Positions 9,379 through 15,115 of a stretch of DNA of 19,556 bases are shown piece after piece. Source of the stretch: Oligoflexales bacterium. Lineage in GTDB: Bacteria > Bdellovibrionota_B > Oligoflexia > Oligoflexales > Bog-1112. The DNA lies in the NCBI GenBank assembly GCA_045105515.1, contig JBGCDR010000350.1, positions 1 through 19,556 of the forward strand, given 5' to 3'. Below the pieces are notes generated by a model. The model ran no database searches and was not told where the DNA came from. It saw only the letters and a program-made list of their open reading frames with translations. Position numbers and translations under genes: made by a program. The first letter of the stretch is position 1; every line of letters begins with the position of its first letter.

Positions 9379-10385
9379 TTGAACCCCTGACAAGCTTGTT
9401 TTAATACTCTGATCCATGCCCGAGCTATACCTCCTCTTGCTGCACTTACCGTGCAGCGATGCTGTTGCCATACCACATATAGGTATTTGTTGAGCCTTCC
9501 ACTGATCCGTCCCATCTCATTGACACCCTTACCTCGTAACCAGCTAATATTTTGACCCTCTTTGAAAGATGAGCTAGTGCTCGGGTGTATCATTTGCCAT
9601 TTATCAGTCGGGGTGCTTGAAACGCTTCTAAACACGCTACCTCCGATACTTTTTATGCGAGATGCAATGACCAAAGATGCAGTCGTCTGGTCAGACGACA
9701 TAACCGAGCCAGTTCTAGGAAAATGAACTCCCCACCCAGTACAAACAGGTGCGTCGCTAGGAGGAAAGATTGGTAAATTTCCAATCCAGGGGTTGGAACA
9801 CATTGCCTCTATTCCTCCGTCAGTCACAGCCCATTGCCCAGTAGTAGACGCAGAAATACCTTTTTTAAGACAAAGCTTTGGATTAGCTGCCCATCCTAGA
9901 TAAAGAGCCTGCTTTCTATCCGCCCACCCTGTATTCCAGTTTGCTCCTAAGTGTTCACTTGCAGCAGATAAACAAAAAAGATCTGGAACCCCTCCTCCAC
10001 AAGGGAGGCCAGCAAACGCCTCTTGGGTAAAAGGGACATTAATAATATGTGAGTGATAGGAATATGCTCCGTGATCATTTTCTGCTGCAAAAGGCAGTCT
10101 GTTACCAATAAAGCGAAGCTGAAAATTGACCCCAGGCAAAACTGAAAACATGGTTTCCCCTGGATTGTTAACAACTTCAATAAAATATTTGGGTAAGTTG
10201 TAGCTTACATGAGCACAAGGCCAAGGAGGCCAAGGTGGTGTGCTTGGACACCATTCATACTTTACGCTAAGCTCAAATTCTTTCTCGAAAAGTCCTGTGT
10301 TAACCACATCACAAACATTTGGAAAACTAAGCGAAAAAGAATGGTTTGATTGTAAGCATAAAACTAACGCGACTAGCCTAAACAT
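9375..10385 (-). CDS. traU: TraU-like Cys-rich T4SS protein
   Basis: Signal peptide; many Cys; VSYNLP..FIEVV..PGE, CTGWGVHFPRTGSV, KWQMIHP and YLYVVWQ..RC motifs typical of the TraU family. Confidence 0.8.
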   Translation of the reverse strand: MFRLVALVLCLQSNHSFSLSFPNVCDVVNTGLFEKEFELSVKYEWCPSTPPWPPWPCAHVSYNLPKYFIEVVNNPGETMFSVLPGVNFQLRFIGNRLPFAAENDHGAYSYHSHIINVPFTQEAFAGLPCGGGVPDLFCLSAASEHLGANWNTGWADRKQALYLGWAANPKLCLKKGISASTTGQWAVTDGGIEAMCSNPWIGNLPIFPPSDAPVCTGWGVHFPRTGSVMSSDQTTASLVIASRIKSIGGSVFRSVSSTPTDKWQMIHPSTSSSFKEGQNISWLRGKGVNEMGRISGRLNKYLYVVWQQHRCTVSAARGGIARAWIRVLKQACQGFK

Positions 10386-10750
10386 TTAAATTCTCTCTGA
10401 TTCAAATTATTATTTACTTCAAATGTGGACAGTATTTTTTCTTTAATTGTGGCTAGAGCCTGATTTAATATTTTCCTAATATCTGAATCCGACCGCCCAA
10501 GTGCGTAGGCTATCTCATCCATGGTCAGACCTTCCCAAAACCTCAGTAAAACAACTTCTTTTTCTTGTCTTGGTAAATCCGAGAGAATGGATTTAATGTG
10601 GTTTTTTAGCCGTTTGTTGACCATAAAACTGCATTCGTGAAAAGGATTTTGCTCACTCTTTTTTAAGTATGATTGCAATGATTTATTGTCAGCCATTCGG
10701 TTAATTGTGTTTTGATCCACATACTTAATTGGAAAATCATTCTTACGCAT
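10373..10750 (-). CDS. Sigma-70 region 4 domain protein (stand-alone HTH)
   Basis: LSDLPRQEKEVVLLRFWEGLTMDEIAYALG...IRKILNQALATIKE is a classic region-4 pattern; no region 2 recognisable; 125 aa. Confidence 0.8.
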   Translation of the reverse strand: MRKNDFPIKYVDQNTINRMADNKSLQSYLKKSEQNPFHECSFMVNKRLKNHIKSILSDLPRQEKEVVLLRFWEGLTMDEIAYALGRSDSDIRKILNQALATIKEKILSTFEVNNNLNQREFKCLG

Positions 10751-11168
10751 ACAGACCTCCGCAAACTACTGGAGGATTTATTAGGTAAAAATTCAATTTG
10801 TAGGTGAATCTACTGTCTGCTAAACAGAGTTTTCCTTCGATAGCCGTTAGAGTTTGGTGGTTGTAAGACCAGATAATTTTTTCAATTTCTTTTCCAAGAA
10901 TAGGAAACAGTTCGGACTTGCTCGCATTTACATGAACCCGAATTTCCAGCTTCCCTTTGTTTTTTATCAACGTCAGTGAAATTTGCGGTTTAGGCTCATG
11001 GTAGTTTTTTTCAAGCCTAAACAGATCACGCTCCAAAAAAAGGGCAAGCTCTTTTGTGGATAGATCTTTTGTCATTTCAAAGTTAACTCCTTGGCAAATT
11101 AGAGATTGAGGGAGTAAATTTTCTATTCTTGCCACATCGTTCTCACTGGGTAGATGTTCTAGGTTCAT
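10743..11168 (-). CDS. Hypothetical protein (141 aa) between two sigma-4 genes
   Basis: GGAG RBS; its stop overlaps the next gene's start; no recognisable motif. Confidence 0.7.
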   Translation of the reverse strand: MNLEHLPSENDVARIENLLPQSLICQGVNFEMTKDLSTKELALFLERDLFRLEKNYHEPKPQISLTLIKNKGKLEIRVHVNASKSELFPILGKEIEKIIWSYNHQTLTAIEGKLCLADSRFTYKLNFYLINPPVVCGGLYA

Positions 11169-11204
11169 TGGAACTCCATCATGTCAGGTTAAAAAACTTT
11201 CCTC

Positions 11205-11702
11205 CTACCTATGGGATTCTGTCTGGGAACCAGTCGTACCCCTGTCGTAAACCTGTCGTAAACCTGTCATACGCTGGTCCTTACTAGCTATGTTTTTGAA
11301 AAGAAGTTTTCCCATTTTTACAAGAGCGCGATTCCTGTGGGAGACAACAGAGGATATGGTAATGTTGTGCTTCTGAGCTACTTCCCTGAGAGTCCCACCC
11401 TCCCAGAAAATTTCATAAATGACCGAATTCTCTCGCTTGGATAATTCGATTGTGAGGAGAGCAATCAGTTGCTGCAAATTTGGAAAAGATTGCATTGCAA
11501 GCATTTCTTGATAAAGTTCTCGAATGCTATTATCAACTTGTTCAAATGATCCGTCTTTGTCGGCGATTTGTTCTTTAAGTGGATGATCAATTGTATTACT
11601 TAGATATGATTCCCAGGCAGCTGCGTTCCATGATTTAGAAATCTCTTTTAGTCCTTTCTCAGAAATTTTACGGTTTCTTGAAGCTTGATTGTTGTGACCC
11701 AT
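11205..11702 (-). CDS. Sigma-70 region 4 domain protein, first gene of the tra operon
   Basis: GGAGG RBS; LSKRENSVIYEIFWEGGTLREVAQKHNITISSVVSHRNRALVKM is a region-4 HTH; no region 2. Confidence 0.8.
   Translation of the reverse strand: MGHNNQASRNRKISEKGLKEISKSWNAAAWESYLSNTIDHPLKEQIADKDGSFEQVDNSIRELYQEMLAMQSFPNLQQLIALLTIELSKRENSVIYEIFWEGGTLREVAQKHNITISSVVSHRNRALVKMGKLLFKNIASKDQRMTGLRQVYDRGTTGSQTESHR
11228..11271 (+). repeat. Four tandem 11-bp direct repeats
   Basis: AACCAGTCGTA CCCCTGTCGTA AACCTGTCGTA AACCTGTCATA, read directly from the sequence. Confidence 0.85.
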
Positions 11703-11830
11703 AATTCACCTCCAAATTAATGTGTTAGTCCAAAGTTCAAGGTATGTACTACTGGCGGCCCCCTTGATAATCCCTTAAATGGATAGTCTCTTTTCAAATT
11801 CTTGCCCCCTAATTTGTCTATATATAGTAA

Positions 11831-11843
11831 TATCAACATGTTA
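11831..11843 (+). promoter_or_regulatory. IHF-consensus binding site
   Basis: TATCAACATGTTA is an exact match to WATCAAnnnnTTR, with an AT-rich 5' flank, in the divergent intergenic region. Confidence 0.5.
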
Positions 11844-11868
11844 AATAATATTCCTGCAACCAGCATAC

Positions 11869-11949
11869 GGATGTAGATGTAAATATACATCCAATAAATG
11901 TAACTAATATATCAAACCTTGGCTTGTCAATAGAAATCTGTTACATTTA
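11869..11949. promoter_or_regulatory. Operator-like inverted repeats in divergent promoter region
   Basis: GGATGTA(11869-75)/GATGTA(11876-81)...TACATCC(11886-92); perfect 10-bp IR TAAATGTAAC(11895-11904)/GTTACATTTA(11940-49) flanking a minus-strand TTGACA (11925-30). Confidence 0.5.
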
Positions 11950-12030
11950 ACGAAAGTTGTGGTAAAAGGGTGTTCAGTAAATGGAGAGCCCTTTGGATAA
12001 GGGCGAAGATAGATATTCACTGAGGAACTC

Positions 12031-12522
12031 ATGCCATCTTATAACCGCTCGTTTTTAAAAGAAGAAGAGAGAGAGAGGTTTGGCCGTCGGCTTACCCATT
12101 ATCTTGAAGATCATACCTATAGAAACAAAATTACCCATGCAGAGGCCGCCAAGAAACTTGGAATCTCCGCCAACAAATTTTCACAGCTAAAAAGTGGAGG
12201 TGAGCAAGGCAGGTTCCTTACCAGTCTCGACTATTTAAAAAGCCTTGCCGCACTTGAAGGGATGTCTCTTCCTGATTTTCTTAATTACATTGAAGGTAAT
12301 GACAAGGAAATTTCTGCGAAAAAATATAGTTGGGCTGATAAGATCATTAAAGCATTAGAACCTATTTCTATTTCTATTAGGAGAAAATTTGCTGATGCTT
12401 GCACAAAAGCTTCGACAGAAAAAAATGATCGTGTAGATCTAATGTGCAGGTTGGCAACAGCAATGGTTGATAAAGATATTGAGGCACTTCGCGCTTTGGT
12501 TGAATCAATGGAAAAGATCTAA
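12031..12522 (+). CDS. XRE/Cro-CI-like HTH transcriptional regulator
   Basis: GAGGA RBS; FGRRL...ITHAEAAKKLGISANKFSQLKSG HTH pattern; divergent from the tra operon. Confidence 0.7.
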   Translation: MPSYNRSFLKEEERERFGRRLTHYLEDHTYRNKITHAEAAKKLGISANKFSQLKSGGEQGRFLTSLDYLKSLAALEGMSLPDFLNYIEGNDKEISAKKYSWADKIIKALEPISISIRRKFADACTKASTEKNDRVDLMCRLATAMVDKDIEALRALVESMEKI

Positions 12523-12537
12523 AGTGTCTGTACATGT

Positions 12538-13092
12538 TTAAACTACTCTTGACTGAAAAGACCTAGGTTTATCGGTCTTTTTTTCAGTTCCAAGTAGTCC
12601 TAATTCAAAGGGTGAGAATCCGTAGTATTGATTTTTTTTATCGGTAAACTCTTTAATCGCATGCCTTTGAATTATGCCACAATTAAATTTTTCTTCCATT
12701 CCACTAAACCAAACTCTCCAAATCTCGGACGGTATAAGGCCCCTAGAGTAAAAATAATATTCTTCCGCACATAGATTAAAGTAATCGTAAACGACAACAC
12801 TGTCCTGAGGATTTTTTATAATTTTTTCTAAATTGTCATTTAGACTATCGTAACGACGATTAAACTCTTGGATTATTGTGAACAGATTCATCAAGGATCG
12901 ACTTCTAAAGCTCAAGTAAAAAGGAAAAAGTCCAATCCCACATGAAATTATTGTTAATCGATAATCTGCACTATTGATAAGGATAATCAAAGACATGAAA
13001 CATATGTACAATAAGATAAATAGAAAAGGTGTAAGGAGTAAGCTGAATTTTAAACTAAATATCAATCTATTGATTTTTTTCATTAACAACAA
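12538..13092 (-). CDS. Hypothetical membrane protein (two N-terminal TM segments, DYFNLCAEEY...W..W..GM domain)
   Basis: GGAGG RBS; two hydrophobic segments; the soluble motif EFNRRYD...DYFNLCAEEYYFY..G.IP.EIW..W..GM looks like a conserved uncharacterised family. Confidence 0.7.
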   Translation of the reverse strand: MLLMKKINRLIFSLKFSLLLTPFLFILLYICFMSLIILINSADYRLTIISCGIGLFPFYLSFRSRSLMNLFTIIQEFNRRYDSLNDNLEKIIKNPQDSVVVYDYFNLCAEEYYFYSRGLIPSEIWRVWFSGMEEKFNCGIIQRHAIKEFTDKKNQYYGFSPFELGLLGTEKKTDKPRSFQSRVV

Positions 13093-13152
13093 CCTCCAAT
13101 GGCATCCAAATTAAATATCTCATTTAAGTGAAATATATCAATCTGCATAGCA

Positions 13153-13779
13153 TCATTTAGACCGACTTTTGATTTTAGCATTAGACCTATTGGCATAAGT
13201 TTTTACGACCCTTCTTAGGTGTGTTTTATTCTCTTGGAATAAACTAAATCTATGCCCATTTGCTCCACTTGGATGAGGAAAACCATGAAGAACATAATGT
13301 TCATTGTCCAAGTTCGAATAATCAGCTATAGAAATGGATACTACTTTCCCCATGGGCACAATTAGGCACTCACTTTTCAGCTTTGCAAGGTATTTAAAAG
13401 TATCTTCCATCATCTTCTGGAGAACCTGATTTTTCCATGGAAACGGTTTTCCTGAGTAGTTAGAAAGATTTCTGCCTCGCTTAATAAACACTGGCTCCCA
13501 TAAGAGGGATGTAATATAGACCTGGTTAATGAGTAGTTTTTCTTTAAATATAGAAGACTCATTTGCAATTGAGAACAAAGAATTTATGCCCAAACTCTCA
13601 AACCAGGTAAAGATTTGTTTTCGCATACTACCTGCAAAAGCACCCATATGCAAATCACGACTAGAATTAATGATTTCTGATTGTTGTTTTCCAGGTGTGA
13701 GTCCAACTAACACTAACTTTGTTGTTTTTTTTGGATAACTTCTGGAAACGTCGAATTTCTTCTCTATATACAACTCCAC
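13153..13779 (-). CDS. Uracil-DNA glycosylase superfamily protein (atypical)
   Basis: GTG start with GGAG RBS; motif A-like LVLVGLTPG..Q, FAGSMR, LIVPMGK and motif B-like FPHPSGAN. Confidence 0.7.
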   Translation of the reverse strand: MELYIEKKFDVSRSYPKKTTKLVLVGLTPGKQQSEIINSSRDLHMGAFAGSMRKQIFTWFESLGINSLFSIANESSIFKEKLLINQVYITSLLWEPVFIKRGRNLSNYSGKPFPWKNQVLQKMMEDTFKYLAKLKSECLIVPMGKVVSISIADYSNLDNEHYVLHGFPHPSGANGHRFSLFQENKTHLRRVVKTYANRSNAKIKSRSK

Positions 13780-13882
13780 AAGTATTTTCTCCAGAAAGCA
13801 TACGATATTATAGACGCTAGCTATTTTTAGTTCTTAGAGACCAAATCAAGCGCCAGAGTTGATTACCTTTATAAATTGTATC

Positions 13883-14842
13883 TTAATCTAACTCCGTAAA
13901 TCCATTGAAATGCCATTTTATTAACTTATTAATATCAATTAATTTTAAGTTCTGACTTTTTCGAGCAGACTCGGCGGCTCCGTTCGTGAATGTGCTGGTT
14001 GTAACTAAGAACCCCATGTCACCCATCTTGTCTCCAATGGCGCCTTTAAAAGCCTGTACTTCTGGTCTACTTACTTTATTTGTTTCCGAATACCTCTTAC
14101 ACTGCACAAGAATCAGCTTATTTTTGTATTTGCACCACCCATCTATCCCATAGTCATTTGACCGAGGTGTAACTCCAGAATCCTTTGGAAAAAAACTCAT
14201 AATGTGACGTTCAAAATCATAAGGGTCCATTGCCATTAGCTCATTTTTAATCGTGTCATGCTCAAGGGTGAACTCAGCACGATTAGGAGTTGTAAGATCA
14301 TCTCCGAGGGCCTGTCTTAACTTTTTTTCTTTTCGTCTAATCACTTCATTATATGCAATTATGCTCAGTAAAGAGGCTAACTCTTGTTTTACAACGGATT
14401 TGGAAATTCCCTCCACGATAGAAGTGATTCCAGCTGAACCAATAAATATGACCAATACTAAAGGTGCACCAATAGCACCCCCAAACGCAGCTACACCCAT
14501 CCCTTGGCTTCCTAAAATAGAAAGCCCTGCTAACCCCACAGGTAAAGCTACCTTTAATGGAGTCGGTAAATCAGATCTTGCATAATTCTTGCAACTTTCT
14601 ATAAGGCTATTAAAGAGTAATGTGACGACTCTAGATGCCTGTGTTCTTGAGTAAACTTCTTTAATCTTATCTTTTTTGCTAATATTATCATCTAAAACAT
14701 TTTTGATGGAATGGAACCAATTTGAAACTTCCATTTTATCCTCTGGTGAAATGGAGCGATTAATAGTACCAATCACCAACTCAACGAACCACGTATTTAC
14801 TGATTCCACTTTTACTCCAAATTTTCTATCTCTGCCAAACAC
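13883..14842 (-). CDS. Mrr-like (Mrr_cat) type IV restriction endonuclease with N-terminal hydrophobic Gly-rich region
   Basis: MDPYDFE, TPRSNDYGIDG, LVQCKRY (PD-(D/E)xK variant QxK), VSRPEVQAFKGA and GFLVTTSTFT..A; TM-like GLAGLSILG...GGAIGAPLVLVIFIG. Confidence 0.85.
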   Translation of the reverse strand: MFGRDRKFGVKVESVNTWFVELVIGTINRSISPEDKMEVSNWFHSIKNVLDDNISKKDKIKEVYSRTQASRVVTLLFNSLIESCKNYARSDLPTPLKVALPVGLAGLSILGSQGMGVAAFGGAIGAPLVLVIFIGSAGITSIVEGISKSVVKQELASLLSIIAYNEVIRRKEKKLRQALGDDLTTPNRAEFTLEHDTIKNELMAMDPYDFERHIMSFFPKDSGVTPRSNDYGIDGWCKYKNKLILVQCKRYSETNKVSRPEVQAFKGAIGDKMGDMGFLVTTSTFTNGAAESARKSQNLKLIDINKLIKWHFNGFTELD

Positions 14843-15115
14843 TACTAGTTGTGCTATTTATTTCTTATAGATTTGCGAATTTTCGCACATAATTGCCCTA
14901 ATTCCAATCAACACAGTTACGGGTTTAAATTTAACCCATAATTCCTAATTTTTGAAAGACAATATAAAGCAAAGTGGAACTTGATCGAAGTTTAAGTTTT
15001 CGGAATTCTCATTTAGTCACTTCGTCTAAGAAAATAATCCAATTAAAACTGAGAAGTATGGAAAAATCTTGATTTTTGTAGCCCGAATCAAATAGATTGG
15101 CCCCTTTAAACTAAA

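Larger units (their letters stand above)
124..12522. mobile_element. Conjugation (T4SS) and regulatory module of a probable ICE or conjugative plasmid
   Basis: Contiguous tra gene set with a divergent XRE regulator; no relaxase, coupling protein or integrase inside the window. Confidence 0.65.

Noticed and set aside
9379..9471. Longer N-terminus for the ATPase (start 9471)
   Set aside because: Lies inside traU; ATG 9378 gives ATGA coupling and starts exactly at the MshEN-like motif.
11169..11207. Read-through fusion of the first sigma-4 gene with the in-frame 141-aa gene
   Set aside because: Two stops (TAG, then TGA) intervene, and the downstream gene has its own GGAG RBS.
11228..11271. Repeat as CRISPR array or phase-variation switch
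   Set aside because: No spacers or cas genes; copy-number change would alter only a short tail after the HTH.
11703..11830. Possible oriT in the intergenic region
   Set aside because: No recognisable nic motif or hairpin, and no relaxase in the window; cannot be supported.
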